This document shows, in pieces, positions 1 to 10,052 of a DNA stretch of 64,000 nucleotides. The DNA comes from a virus: positions 32,001 through 96,000 of IMG/VR virus record IMGVR_UViG_3300008117_000049. One strand, written 5' to 3'. A program made the position numbers and the translations under genes. A model generated the notes under the pieces. The model made no database searches, was not told where the DNA came from, and saw only the letters and a program-made list of their open reading frames with translations. Position 1 is the first letter of the stretch; the number at the start of each line of letters is the position of its first letter.

Positions 1-212
1 GTGTTTACTCTGTCAGCCAGCGATGTTCCGCCATTTTCCCAGAGTTGATGTTCTACTCTGGACAATCTGTCTGAAACAGTTCTTCCGTTTTCATCAACTC
101 CTATGGCATCTCCAATTCGTTTTGCAACTTTATAGATGGCTAATAAAGCCCCAAAAATAACACCGACGGCAGTTATAACAGCAGCAACTGTAAAAATAAG
201 TTCTTGTGGCAT
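1..212 (-). CDS. Small membrane protein, partial (runs off window), holin-like actinophage type
   Basis: Hand translation MPQELIFTVAAVITAVGVIFGALLAIYKVAKRIGDAIG...QLWENGGTSLADRVN: N-terminal TM helix then NGGxSLxD motif. Confidence 0.55.
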   Translation of the reverse strand, partial: MPQELIFTVAAVITAVGVIFGALLAIYKVAKRIGDAIGVDENGRTVSDRLSRVEHQLWENGGTSLADRVN

Positions 213-398
213 AGGTTAGAATATAACTCTCACTCGGTCTTCCATAGAAGATTTTTATAACAATAGTTTATCTAATAAACGGGTACTCTATTTTAAAAAA
301 TTGGCGTTTCTAGGTGTATTTGTCTGGGTGAAGTGCTACTATTTTTTAGATAAGACAAGAGAAAGAGACGGTATTTTGGAAAGGATATTTAGAGACTG

Positions 399-3032
399 AT
401 GTCCTCTGACCACAAAGATAGATTGAAAAAAGCCACCCTATGGTACGCAACTCAAGGGTGGAAATTGCTTCCTTGCTACGGAATAAATGATTCTGGTCGC
501 TGTACCTGTAATGGACAGCACGACGAACCTAAAGATGTAGGTAAGCACCCAGCCATTGGCGACTGGAATACTCGCTCTACTGACGATAAATCAACCATTG
601 AAACTTGGTGGAATAACTCTCCAGACAACAACATCGGTGTTGTGTGCCACAAATCAGGCTTTTTTGTAATTGATATTGACCCCCGCTCTGGTGGTATTGA
701 TTCTTGGGAAAAGTTCCAAGAACTTATGGAATATGATTTGCCTCAAACCGTTGAAGCCTATACAGGTGCTTATTCATACAACGGTAAAAATTCTCGTGGT
801 CGCCACATCTACTACCGTGTAGCCGATAACGAAAAACTTATTGGAAATCTGAAGTCTATGAATTTGCCAGGTATAGACATAAAACATAACGGGTATGTTT
901 TACTTGCCCCATCGCGGCACTTTTCTGGAATTCAATATGAGTGGGTAGAGGGTAAAGCACCTTGGCAAATACCTATTGCCGAAGCCAACGAAAAAATGCT
1001 TTCAGTTTTACGCAAAGGTGGTCGTAGAAACTCTGGAACTTCTCTTGGCGTTAGCGATTGGGATTCTTTTGCTGGACTTGAGTACCGTGGCGAGTCCGTA
1101 GATATTGCTAAGTTTTTTGAAGAAGGTATTGACGAAGGCTCCCGTGCTGTTGATATCTACAAACTTGCCTGTGCTTTAGCAAACAAAATGGGAGTTGAAA
1201 CCGAATACAAGCGTATGGCTATTGAAACTCTAATGATTCGTTTCAACCACGAAAAAGTTAGACCGCCTATGGAACTTGAGGGACCTAACTCTCTACTTAT
1301 GCACACTCGTCGTGCTATAGAGTTTGTGGCTTCTAATCCAGTTACCGAACAAGTTTGGCCTGGGCTTCAGGATTGGGCTATTAAAAATCAAGCACAGAAT
1401 AGTGTTGGTTATCAAGGCACCCCAGAAAGACAGAGCACATCTGACCCAGACGATGTTGAATACCTAACTACTGACCTACACGGAACCGTTGGCGGTGCGA
1501 TTGATGAAGCAGCAAGAAACGGTATGTCAATTGCTCAAGCATTTGGCTCTGGCGACATTGATATTCCAAAAGACCCTGACGCAATTACGGAAGCCGAGGG
1601 TGGAACTCCTGGCAAGCGTTCTTTGTCTGATATTGGTAATGGTCGTAGGTTAGTGGATTCTTTTGGCTCTTCTATTCGCTATACGCCGGGAATTGGTTGG
1701 TTTATTTGGAACGGTCAGTATTGGAGAGCAGACGCAGAAAATCTTGGTATGCAAGAACTTGCTAAAAAACTTGCTCCAATTATTGCTTCTGAAGTTACTC
1801 AGTATGATGACCCAGATAAAAAGAACGATGTTGTGAAATGGGCAAATCAAGCAAAAGGAAATGGTCGCCTAAACGGTGCTATTGAAAGTTCTAACTCTGA
1901 CCCAAGAGTTGTTACTCAAGTTGAGCATTGGGATAGCGATAAAAACTTGCTTGGTGTTGCTAATGGAGTTGTAGATTTGAAAACTGGCGAACTGCTAAAG
2001 GGAAAGCCAGAACTACACATTACTAAACGAGCACCTGTCGGATACACTCAGGGGCTTCGCAATGTGCGTTGGGAAGAGTTCATCAACTACGCTACTGGTG
2101 GAGATAAAGAACTTCAGGATTGGTTACAGCGTGCTGCTGGCTACACTCTTACTGGCTTAAACAATCAAGATGTTATGTTTTTAGTTTATGGTCCGCCAGG
2201 TTCAGGTAAAAACACATTTGTTGAAGCATTAGTAAAAGCATTAGGAACACAGCAATACTCTTGGCCACTTGATTCAAGTATCTTGGCTCAGGGCGATGGT
2301 ATGTCTTCAAGCACTGACCTTTATCACTGGGCTGAGTTGCGTGGTCGCCGTATGGTTTGGGTTGATGAGTTGCCAGAATCAGAAAGACTAAAAGAGAACT
2401 CGGTAAAGAAACTTACTGGTTCATCTGAAATCTCTGCTCGTTCTCCTGGTGAAAAGCCTTTTACATTTGAGTCGATGGCTAAGTTGTGGGTAACTACTAA
2501 CCACAGACCGATAATTACAGATGAAGCAATGTGGAGAAGACTTAGACCAGTTCCTTGGTCAAATGTTCCTGAGTCGCCAGACCCAGAACTAAAAGCGTAT
2601 CTGTTTGACCCTGAAGGTGCTTTGCCAGCAGTATTGGCTTGGGCTGTTGAAGGTGCCGTAAAGTATTTGAACTCTAGTGCTAGAGACCCGCTTGGTTGGT
2701 GTTCTGCGGTTAGAGAGTCTGCTGAGATGTACCAAAAGAACGAAGACCGTATCGGTATGTTCCTTGAAGAAGTGGCAAAAGAGTCTGAGGGCACTATGCT
2801 TTCTGTAAAAATTCTTTACAGTGTCTATCGTGCTTGGTCGGAAGACCGTGGTGAAAGACCACTAACTCAAATCCGTTTTCAGCGTAAGTTGTCGGATAGA
2901 GGTCTTACTATAGACGGTCAAGGCTCTAAAGCGGTAGTAAAAGATATGATGCTTTTACCTAAGCCAGTAGAGCCACAGCCAGAAATCAACTGGGCTGAAG
3001 TAGAACTGAGAAGTAGAAATCACTTGTTCTAG
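399..3032 (+). CDS. Bifunctional primase-polymerase fused to D5/P4-type SF3 helicase
   Basis: N-terminal Prim-Pol motifs (GKHP, NIGV, VIDIDP, GRHIYY, GYVLLAPS); C-terminal Walker A GPPGSGKNT, Walker B WVDE, TNHRP. Confidence 0.92.
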   Translation: MSSDHKDRLKKATLWYATQGWKLLPCYGINDSGRCTCNGQHDEPKDVGKHPAIGDWNTRSTDDKSTIETWWNNSPDNNIGVVCHKSGFFVIDIDPRSGGIDSWEKFQELMEYDLPQTVEAYTGAYSYNGKNSRGRHIYYRVADNEKLIGNLKSMNLPGIDIKHNGYVLLAPSRHFSGIQYEWVEGKAPWQIPIAEANEKMLSVLRKGGRRNSGTSLGVSDWDSFAGLEYRGESVDIAKFFEEGIDEGSRAVDIYKLACALANKMGVETEYKRMAIETLMIRFNHEKVRPPMELEGPNSLLMHTRRAIEFVASNPVTEQVWPGLQDWAIKNQAQNSVGYQGTPERQSTSDPDDVEYLTTDLHGTVGGAIDEAARNGMSIAQAFGSGDIDIPKDPDAITEAEGGTPGKRSLSDIGNGRRLVDSFGSSIRYTPGIGWFIWNGQYWRADAENLGMQELAKKLAPIIASEVTQYDDPDKKNDVVKWANQAKGNGRLNGAIESSNSDPRVVTQVEHWDSDKNLLGVANGVVDLKTGELLKGKPELHITKRAPVGYTQGLRNVRWEEFINYATGGDKELQDWLQRAAGYTLTGLNNQDVMFLVYGPPGSGKNTFVEALVKALGTQQYSWPLDSSILAQGDGMSSSTDLYHWAELRGRRMVWVDELPESERLKENSVKKLTGSSEISARSPGEKPFTFESMAKLWVTTNHRPIITDEAMWRRLRPVPWSNVPESPDPELKAYLFDPEGALPAVLAWAVEGAVKYLNSSARDPLGWCSAVRESAEMYQKNEDRIGMFLEEVAKESEGTMLSVKILYSVYRAWSEDRGERPLTQIRFQRKLSDRGLTIDGQGSKAVVKDMMLLPKPVEPQPEINWAEVELRSRNHLF

Positions 3033-3150
3033 TGGTGTCTAACACATTAGATTCTATAAATATGTTGTAGGATAAACCCGTCGAGTTGCGGGAGAGTAAC
3101 AAGACTGGGTTGGGGTCGCAAGACCCCGCCCACCTAAAAGAAAGATAAAT

Positions 3151-4002
3151 ATGAAAATCGTTATAGCGACACCAATGTATGGCGGTAACTCAAAGAGTGT
3201 GTATGTGTCTTGTCTGACACAACTTACTGGTGAATTGGCTAAGGCTGGGCACTCAGTAAATATTATGTCCATCACAAACGAAAGTTTGATTACTAGAGCA
3301 AGAAACACTCTTACTCATATGTTTTTGAAAAGCGATGCTGACGCTTTGCTTTTTATTGATGGAGACCACGGTTGGGTTTCTGAAGACATAGTAAAAATGG
3401 TTAACTCAGGTAAAGATTTGATTGGTGCTATCTACCCAATGAAATCAATAAATTGGGATAATGTTCGCAAGGCTGCTCTTGCTGGGAAACCAAATCTAGA
3501 ACTTTACTCTGGAAATTTTGCCGTGAACTTTTTACCAGAACAGCAGAACTTTAAGGCAGATGAACCTTTCAAAGTTCGTGATGTTGGTACTGGAATGATG
3601 TTTATTCGTAGAAATGTTTTGGAAGAAATTGCTAAATCAGATTTAGTAAAGAGATACCACAACAATTCTCCTAGCGTAGAAATACCTATGGGAGAAGAAA
3701 TAGTTGAATTCTTTACAACTTACATTACCCCTGAGCCAGAATCTATTTTGCTTTCTGAAGATTATGCTTTCTGCGACATCTGGCGTAAGTTGGGACACGA
3801 TGCTTGGGCTGCTCCTTGGGTAAGAATTACTCACGCTGGAGAATTTAATTTCCCAGGTTATTTCTTGAGTACTTTAGAAATTCAAGGTCAAGTAGAAGAT
3901 GACCCAGACAAAACTCCTAGTCAGCCTGTTCCTGCTGAATTGAGTCAAGAAGATTCTTTACAGTTGTTGGATACCATTGTCGCTGATTCTGAGTCGGAAT
4001 AG
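3151..4002 (+). CDS. GT-A-like glycosyltransferase (phage type)
   Basis: IATPMYGG, ESLITRARN, LFIDGD (DxD), GTGMMFIRR, LSEDYAFC. Confidence 0.75.
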   Translation: MKIVIATPMYGGNSKSVYVSCLTQLTGELAKAGHSVNIMSITNESLITRARNTLTHMFLKSDADALLFIDGDHGWVSEDIVKMVNSGKDLIGAIYPMKSINWDNVRKAALAGKPNLELYSGNFAVNFLPEQQNFKADEPFKVRDVGTGMMFIRRNVLEEIAKSDLVKRYHNNSPSVEIPMGEEIVEFFTTYITPEPESILLSEDYAFCDIWRKLGHDAWAAPWVRITHAGEFNFPGYFLSTLEIQGQVEDDPDKTPSQPVPAELSQEDSLQLLDTIVADSESE

Positions 4003-4588
4003 AATCTTTATTTAGACCGTCAGCAATCTTTCTAAACGAATCCCCTTTAGAACGCTCAAAAACAATTCTGTCTTTGACTTCTTGAGGGGTTTTGTTCATC
4101 GGCCCCATGTCTTTACCCCAAACTATTCCCCTAGCCCTGCGGTCTTTGTGGACATCTTTCTGACGCTCAGAAATAATTCCACGCTCCATCTCAGCCAAGG
4201 CAGACATAATTGTGACAACAAAACGACCTTGATATGAAGAAGTGTCCAAATTTAGGTCAAGCATAACTAAACGCCAACCGTTGCTATTGGCTCGGTCAAT
4301 GATGCTCAAAAAGTCCTTTGTAGAGCGTGCTAGACGGTCTATGCGGGTGACAAATAAAGCGTGTGCTTCTTTGTTATCTAGTCTTTTTAAAGCCCCTGAA
4401 AGGGCTGGGCGACCCGAAATAGACTTACCTGAGCGACCCTCTTCTCTAACTAACTCAAACTGCGTGTAGCCAGCCAACTCTGCTGCTTGCCTAAGTTGTC
4501 GCTCTTGGACATCTAGGCTTACGCCATCACTAACTTGAAGTTGTGTAGATACACGAGCATAGAGCAAGGCTAGTTCATTATTGGTCAA
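3917..4588 (-). CDS. Serine recombinase (resolvase-type catalytic domain plus short recombinase domain)
   Basis: YARVST catalytic Ser, SGKS...RPAL, DRLAR, AEMER; C-terminal SFRKIADGLN...W. Confidence 0.88.
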   Translation of the reverse strand: MTNNELALLYARVSTQLQVSDGVSLDVQERQLRQAAELAGYTQFELVREEGRSGKSISGRPALSGALKRLDNKEAHALFVTRIDRLARSTKDFLSIIDRANSNGWRLVMLDLNLDTSSYQGRFVVTIMSALAEMERGIISERQKDVHKDRRARGIVWGKDMGPMNKTPQEVKDRIVFERSKGDSFRKIADGLNKDSIPTQNQRQWYPTTVKNLLDSIQQEQAD

Positions 4589-4955
4589 GGTTCTCCTGTT
4601 TGGCTTCTGCTAGTTGAGCCTTACGCTTTATCTTATACTCTTTAGCCAAATGCTCGTCTGTCTTGTTTTTAGAATGTACAGTTTTTACCTTATCCATTCC
4701 ACAACTGCGGAAGCAGTCTGAGCCAGTTAGAACATCTATCCACTCAACGCCCTTTTCAGTTTTTACATGCTTTACAAATCGGTGTCGGCCGGGCCAACCT
4801 TTTATTTTTAGTTCTGTGCCGGGTTTTACATAACGACCATTGATTTGTAGTTCCGTTGTGATTTCCCATTTATCATTTGGTCTTGGTCCAGACGGAACCG
4901 TTGCTTTTCTTTTTTTCATAGTTTTACTCCTATACCTATATGTATATAGTATCAC
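4578..4955 (-). CDS. Hypothetical basic protein (start may be 4919)
   Basis: ORF track; co-oriented between recombinase and ATPase-GNAT genes. Confidence 0.6.
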   Translation of the reverse strand: MILYTYRYRSKTMKKRKATVPSGPRPNDKWEITTELQINGRYVKPGTELKIKGWPGRHRFVKHVKTEKGVEWIDVLTGSDCFRSCGMDKVKTVHSKNKTDEHLAKEYKIKRKAQLAEAKQENLDQ

Positions 4956-4957
4956 TT

Positions 4958-6049
4958 TTATTTGTTTATGTCAATACCCAAATATTCGTGAGAATAACTC
5001 CAACGATTAGGGTCTATGCTCCAGCGTGATTTTCCATCTAGATTTTGTCCGTCTGTTCTACGCATATGATTTTTAGATGTTGGCTTCCATAGCGGTGAGT
5101 TATCACGATACCCACCCAGCCTTGGGTGGCTAGTTTTTGAGAAATATCTTTTTCCGTTGTCCAAATAATGTTGAGCAACCGCCTCAGAAAGTTTTGGTCC
5201 TAATCCAAAGCCTTGAAAGTCTGGGTGAATAACAAGTCTGTGCTCTCTGTAAGCATTTTGAACTGTTCCAGATGGATAAGCAATAGACGCTACAAAACCA
5301 ACTAGCGAGCCGTTCCAGAGTGCCAAGTAGCAGTGTGCTGATTTGTTGAGCGATTCGGAGAGATAGTGGTGCGAAGCGAAGTGGCTCCAAATTTCGTTTG
5401 AGCAAGCAAAGACTTCAAGAACCATTTCTGGTCGATGAAGATACCTTCCCGAAGCCCACTCGCCTCTGTCAGTGTCAATAATCCAATCTGGTTCTAAATA
5501 CTCAAGGATATCTCTGTGGCAGGTTGCTAAAACTATATTTTGAATATTATTCTTTTTTACATATCGAGACATTGCTGTTGAAGCAGCCTTAGCAACATTG
5601 CGGTCAATTACAGATGTAAATTCATCTATGCGGGCAAAGTCGTGAAGAGAGCGTGCTAGGTCTGCTCTAAACTGCTGACCGTTAGACAATACTGAATATG
5701 GTTTTACCCACTCTGGAACTGACATAAGACCAGCGGCAGAAAGTTTTTCTAGTGCCTCTACTGGCGTATCAAAATGAGATGCTATTGATTTATTGTTATC
5801 CCAAATTGGCTTAGATATTTCACTACCGAATTGAGATAAAAGTTTAGATTTACCTGTCCCAGATGCCCCAACAATTACTCCTATGCCCCAAGTTTTAGGT
5901 AAATCTGTTGGCAAAAGATACGGATAGAACTTTTCTTGACCATTAGATATATAATCAAACGGTTTTATAAGTTCCTGTGTAATTTCATCAAGATTTACGC
6001 TTGATGTGAGTGGCTCTTTTGAGCGTTCTAGTTTTATCCAATCGGTCAT
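4958..6049 (-). CDS. ABC-type ATPase fused to GNAT acetyltransferase (Mom-associated architecture)
   Basis: Walker A GASGTGKS, signature LSNGQ, Walker B IDEF, H-loop TCH; C-terminal RLVIHPDFQGFGLG acetyl-CoA motif. Confidence 0.85.
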   Translation of the reverse strand: MTDWIKLERSKEPLTSSVNLDEITQELIKPFDYISNGQEKFYPYLLPTDLPKTWGIGVIVGASGTGKSKLLSQFGSEISKPIWDNNKSIASHFDTPVEALEKLSAAGLMSVPEWVKPYSVLSNGQQFRADLARSLHDFARIDEFTSVIDRNVAKAASTAMSRYVKKNNIQNIVLATCHRDILEYLEPDWIIDTDRGEWASGRYLHRPEMVLEVFACSNEIWSHFASHHYLSESLNKSAHCYLALWNGSLVGFVASIAYPSGTVQNAYREHRLVIHPDFQGFGLGPKLSEAVAQHYLDNGKRYFSKTSHPRLGGYRDNSPLWKPTSKNHMRRTDGQNLDGKSRWSIDPNRWSYSHEYLGIDINK

Positions 6050-6090
6050 AAAAATAGCCTATCAGGTTTAGTGGGATAATTTAATTACAT

Positions 6091-6228
6091 ATGGAACAAC
6101 AAAATAAAGGTCAAGACCCAAATAAATGCAAGGTCTGCGGTAAATTTTTTGTAGTTAAAGTGCTGGCTCGCTGCTGTGAAGAGAAGCACAACGGGGTAGT
6201 TTTTGTTAGAAACAAAGACAAAATGTAA
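6091..6228 (+). CDS. 45-aa Cys/His zinc-finger-like peptide
   Basis: Hand translation MEQQNKGQDPNKCKVCGKFFVVKVLARCCEEKH... Confidence 0.45.
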   Translation: MEQQNKGQDPNKCKVCGKFFVVKVLARCCEEKHNGVVFVRNKDKM

Positions 6229-6230
6229 AT

Positions 6231-6377
6231 TTAGTTAGATAAGGCTTGAACCTGAGCCTCTAATTCTTCTACTTTAGTAACTAAAAGCACTACTACTTCT
6301 GCCACGGTTTTTAAATCTTCTGGACTGACATATCCGTCTTGACCAAATTTTTCCAGCAATAATTTAATTTCTTCCAT
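6231..6377 (-). CDS. 48-aa coiled-coil protein at end of tail-fibre operon
   Basis: Hand translation MEEIKLLLEKFGQDGY...VEELEAQVQALSN; AGGAG RBS upstream. Confidence 0.55.
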   Translation of the reverse strand: MEEIKLLLEKFGQDGYVSPEDLKTVAEVVVLLVTKVEELEAQVQALSN

Positions 6378-6386
6378 AATTTACTC

Positions 6387-7811
6387 CTAAGCCCATCCGC
6401 CAGAAATAATTGCTGGTGCTGTTGAACCAATTTTAGTAATTTGTTGATAAGAGTTGGCAAGCATGGTAGCCGTAGAACCTCCACCAGTAGAGATTTGATA
6501 TTTAAATTCTACGGTTCCACCAGTTGTGGCATTGCTCCGAAAATATCCCTCAACAAAAATAGTTGAGTTAGAAGTAGTTGACGACAGTGTTGGTGAAACG
6601 CTTGTAGCAGTTGTGGTTAAAACCCTACTAGAAAGAACTCCACCAGAAGTTCCAGAAATAAACATAGAGTTATAATAAATGCTGACTGGTGCGTTAGCAA
6701 AAGTTGGGACTAACTGAATAGCGGCAGGTACTGACGAAAAAGAAAAGTTAACTGAAAGATTTAATTTAAAGAAATAAGTTTTACCTGCTTCTAAAGTTAA
6801 AGTTCTAGCACCTGTTGGAAATATGGACTGCGGTGTGTTAGTTGTAGCAGCAGTTGCGTTTGCATTTGAATAAGCCCACGCTGGGGCAAAAATTGTACCT
6901 TTACCAGCCGATGTTCCAGTTGTTGTAAGTGTGTAAATATCTCCGTTGTAATCTAACAACCCAGAAGCGGCTGTAGTAGTTGAATTAGCAATTAATGGAG
7001 TAGTTAGAGTTGGGCTTGTAGAAAATACAAGATTTCCAGAGCCTGTTTCATCGGAAATTGTACCTGCTAATTGAGCAGAAGTTGTAGCAGCGTAGTAAGT
7101 GTTGCTAAGAGTCGGTTGTACCCAGAACGGGGCGTTTGTGCTTGAGTTAAAGGCAAGTGTCGAGTTGTTTGTCGCGGTTCTAGCCAAGAAAGTAGTGGTG
7201 TTTGCTGCTGATTGATAAGGCAATGAGCCAGCATCACCAGCACCTATGTTTACTGAGATGCTAGTAGTGGCTGCGTTTAGGTTTGCTACTTGAGTAGTAG
7301 ATGTAACTGTAAAAGGTGATGTACCAGTAGCAACATTTGAAGTGAATGTAGGTGCCGTTACTACTTGAGTAAAGGAACCACCGCTAAGAAACTGGAACGC
7401 TGAACCAGATTGTTTTGTAATGGCTGCGTCACCTAAAGTTATACTTCCTTGACCAGCGGTGTTAGAAAAAATTTGTCCAGTTGCTCTTAAATTTCCAGTA
7501 ACATTCAAACTTGTTCCAGTAGCCACACCTATATTTGGGGTAGTGAAAGTGGGGCTAGTTGAGAATACTAAATTGCCTGTTCCTGTTTCATCTGAAATAA
7601 GTCCAGCAAATGTAGCAGAAGTCATTGTGCCGTTTAGCAGTGACACATCGGTTGAATACTTTAGGGAAGTCCAAGCGGTTGACCCGTTTCCAATTTTGAA
7701 CTCTAGAGTGTCTGTCTCAAAACCAATTTCACCTGAAGCAAGCGTAGGATTTGCGGTAGTCCAGTTTGCTGCGGTGTCTCTACGGACTTGGACTTTAGTT
7801 GATACTGGCAT
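6387..7811 (-). CDS. Tail fibre / receptor-binding-like protein with Mtd-N type N-terminal domain
   Basis: QVRRDTAANWTTANPTLASGEIGFETDT N-terminus; Thr/Ser/Gly rich; DETG(S/T)GNLVFSTSPT repeats. Confidence 0.8.
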   Translation of the reverse strand: MPVSTKVQVRRDTAANWTTANPTLASGEIGFETDTLEFKIGNGSTAWTSLKYSTDVSLLNGTMTSATFAGLISDETGTGNLVFSTSPTFTTPNIGVATGTSLNVTGNLRATGQIFSNTAGQGSITLGDAAITKQSGSAFQFLSGGSFTQVVTAPTFTSNVATGTSPFTVTSTTQVANLNAATTSISVNIGAGDAGSLPYQSAANTTTFLARTATNNSTLAFNSSTNAPFWVQPTLSNTYYAATTSAQLAGTISDETGSGNLVFSTSPTLTTPLIANSTTTAASGLLDYNGDIYTLTTTGTSAGKGTIFAPAWAYSNANATAATTNTPQSIFPTGARTLTLEAGKTYFFKLNLSVNFSFSSVPAAIQLVPTFANAPVSIYYNSMFISGTSGGVLSSRVLTTTATSVSPTLSSTTSNSTIFVEGYFRSNATTGGTVEFKYQISTGGGSTATMLANSYQQITKIGSTAPAIISGGWA

Positions 7812-7814
7812 TTA

Positions 7815-8048
7815 CTACCCCTTTACTGGTGGTAGTACGCTTAGTTCTTCTTGATAAGTCTGAATTACGGTCTCTATCTCTCTGATTGCCGTATCTGCTT
7901 CGGTAACTAATTCAGGCTTACCGTTTCTTTGGGCAGCAAGTCTATTTATTTTATGCTGATAACCTTCAGCAGCAAGTTGCTGAATACGCTTGGTAAGAAC
8001 TTCTCTACGCTCTTCAATTGGCAATAGAGCAGCAAAGTCAATTGTCAT
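7815..8048 (-). CDS. Small helical protein, possible fibre chaperone
   Basis: ORF between two fibre genes; AAGGA RBS. Confidence 0.55.
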   Translation of the reverse strand: MTIDFAALLPIEERREVLTKRIQQLAAEGYQHKINRLAAQRNGKPELVTEADTAIREIETVIQTYQEELSVLPPVKG

Positions 8049-8067
8049 TATTTATTCCTTATTAGGC

Positions 8068-10002
8068 TTAGGCGCTTCCACCATCAATAGTAACAGCATA
8101 CAAGGTTCCAACATTGCTTACTGAAACCATAGCCGTGCCGTTTGAATACTGAACTTCAAATGGATTGACTTGCTGAGTAGCGTGGTTCTTGACCACAAGA
8201 CCAGCGGCTGAGTTTGCTGCGTTCTGGAAAGTTTGTAGTGCAGTAAATGTTCCAGTGCTGGCAAATCGTGGAACTACTGTGGTGTCAATTGAAACTGAAC
8301 CAGTTGAGGTAATCGTGGTGAACGACATACCTGTTCCAGCAGAAACGCTAGTAACTCCTGTTGCGGTTGGTGCTGCCCAGTAAGGTGCTCCAGTTGTGTT
8401 GGCTGATAGCACATAGTTGTTTCCAGCAGGTGCTGAAAGAGTGGTAGTTGTGTTAGCAGCAGAGTTGTAGAAAATAAGGTTGGCAGCACCAGTGATGTTG
8501 TTTGCCTGAGCAACGGTAGCCGAACCGACATAAGTGGTGTTGGCAAGAGTTCCACTAGTTGGCAAAGTTACTGCTGTGTTAGCAGTGGCTGTCAGGTTGA
8601 TTGAGTACGCACCAGTTGTTGCCAGCGTTGCACCATCGGCGATGGTCAGCGTGGCTGAAGTGGTAGGTGCTGTAATTGTTACCTTGTTGACGCTTGTGGC
8701 AGTTGCTACTCCAAGAGTTGGAGTCACAAGTGTCGGGCTAGTAGCAAATACAAGAGAACCGCTACCAGTCTCGTCTGTTACAGCGGTAGCAAGGTTAGAA
8801 CTGCTTGGCGTTGCCAAAAATGTTAGAACACCTGTTCCAGCACCAGTAAGGTTTGCCAACGGGTACTGAGTACCATTTACCAAGTTGGCAAACGATGGAA
8901 CACCAATGTTTGGCGTGGTAAGTACTGGGCTTGTGCTAAATACAAGGTTTCCAGAACCAGTTTCGTCTGAAATAACTCCAGCAAGTTGGGCTGAAGTAGT
9001 TGCTCCGTAGTATGTGTTGCTTAGTGTTGGGGTTACCCAGTATGGAGCATTTGTGCCTGTGTTGTAAGCAAGAACTTGGTTGTTAGTGGTGGTTGCGGTG
9101 AGTTTAGATGTGGTATTTACACCAGACATGTAAACAATTTCACCCTTGTTTGCTGTACCGCCAGTTAGGTTAGAAGCAAGCGAAGCAACACCAGTAAGCG
9201 ATGCGGTGATTGTTCCAGCAGAGAAGTTTCCAGATGCGTCACGAGCAACAATCGCAGATGCGGTGTTGGCTGAAGCAACGCTGTACCCAAGAACCTGAGT
9301 AGATGAAAGAACGGTTGTTCCGTTGATTTCATAAACTTTTCCAGAATCAATGTTGATGTCTTCAGAAGATGTCCAAGCACTGGTGCTAGAAACCCATTGC
9401 CAAGTTTTATTTCCTCCAGTGGTGGCTAATACAGTAAGACCAGCACCATTTGCAGTTGCGTTAGTTGAACCGCTTGTGTCAAATGTAAGGCTTCCACCGC
9501 TTGCTACTGGGTTATCTAAGGTAAAAGCAGTGGCGTTTATAATGCTGACAATTGTGGTACCAGTTAGTGTTGATGTACCAGCGGTTTTTGTAATTGTTTG
9601 ACCGACAAGTAGGCCAGCGGTATTGGAACCTGTAATTGTGGCACTTGAGGTAGTTGCTGTACCAGTTCTTCCAGTTACTACTGCTACAGACGCTAACTCA
9701 ATGTTTTTATCGTCTACTTGAACTGTTGAAGAGTTCAGAGTAGTAGTGGTTCCGTTTACAGTTAGGTTTCCGCCAACGGTGACATCGCCAGATGTGGTGA
9801 CGCTAGTAACGCTGGCTGCTCCGCTAAGTAAAGAAGCGTCGCTCTGATAGAGCAACGATGTCCAAGTATTAGCACCGTCACCAATCTTAAATTTATTATT
9901 GGTAGTGTCAAAACCAATTTCACCAGCCGCTAGGGTTGGGTTGGTTGAAGTCCAGTTAGCAGCCGTATCTCTACGGAGTTGAATTTTGGTCTGAACGGCC
10001 AT
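8068..10002 (-). CDS. Tail fibre-like protein with Mtd-N type N-terminal domain
   Basis: QLRRDTAANWTSTNPTLAAGEIGFDT; GNLTVNGTTTT..VDDKNIEL; paralogous repeats with 6387..7811; C-terminal IDGG. Confidence 0.8.
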   Translation of the reverse strand: MAVQTKIQLRRDTAANWTSTNPTLAAGEIGFDTTNNKFKIGDGANTWTSLLYQSDASLLSGAASVTSVTTSGDVTVGGNLTVNGTTTTLNSSTVQVDDKNIELASVAVVTGRTGTATTSSATITGSNTAGLLVGQTITKTAGTSTLTGTTIVSIINATAFTLDNPVASGGSLTFDTSGSTNATANGAGLTVLATTGGNKTWQWVSSTSAWTSSEDINIDSGKVYEINGTTVLSSTQVLGYSVASANTASAIVARDASGNFSAGTITASLTGVASLASNLTGGTANKGEIVYMSGVNTTSKLTATTTNNQVLAYNTGTNAPYWVTPTLSNTYYGATTSAQLAGVISDETGSGNLVFSTSPVLTTPNIGVPSFANLVNGTQYPLANLTGAGTGVLTFLATPSSSNLATAVTDETGSGSLVFATSPTLVTPTLGVATATSVNKVTITAPTTSATLTIADGATLATTGAYSINLTATANTAVTLPTSGTLANTTYVGSATVAQANNITGAANLIFYNSAANTTTTLSAPAGNNYVLSANTTGAPYWAAPTATGVTSVSAGTGMSFTTITSTGSVSIDTTVVPRFASTGTFTALQTFQNAANSAAGLVVKNHATQQVNPFEVQYSNGTAMVSVSNVGTLYAVTIDGGSA

Positions 10003-10052
10003 TTGTTATCCTTTTTAAAATGCTTTATAGTGGAAGTCTATATAAAAGTTTA

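Noticed and set aside
2324-2794. Antisense ORFs within large genes (e.g. 2324..2794, 20188..20571, 40735..41112)
   Set aside because: Shadow frames of well-supported opposite-strand CDSs with no independent signals
6387-10002. Diversity-generating retroelement suggested by Mtd-N-type fibre N-termini
   Set aside because: No reverse transcriptase in the window; the shared fibre repeats differ mainly at synonymous positions, not specifically at adenines
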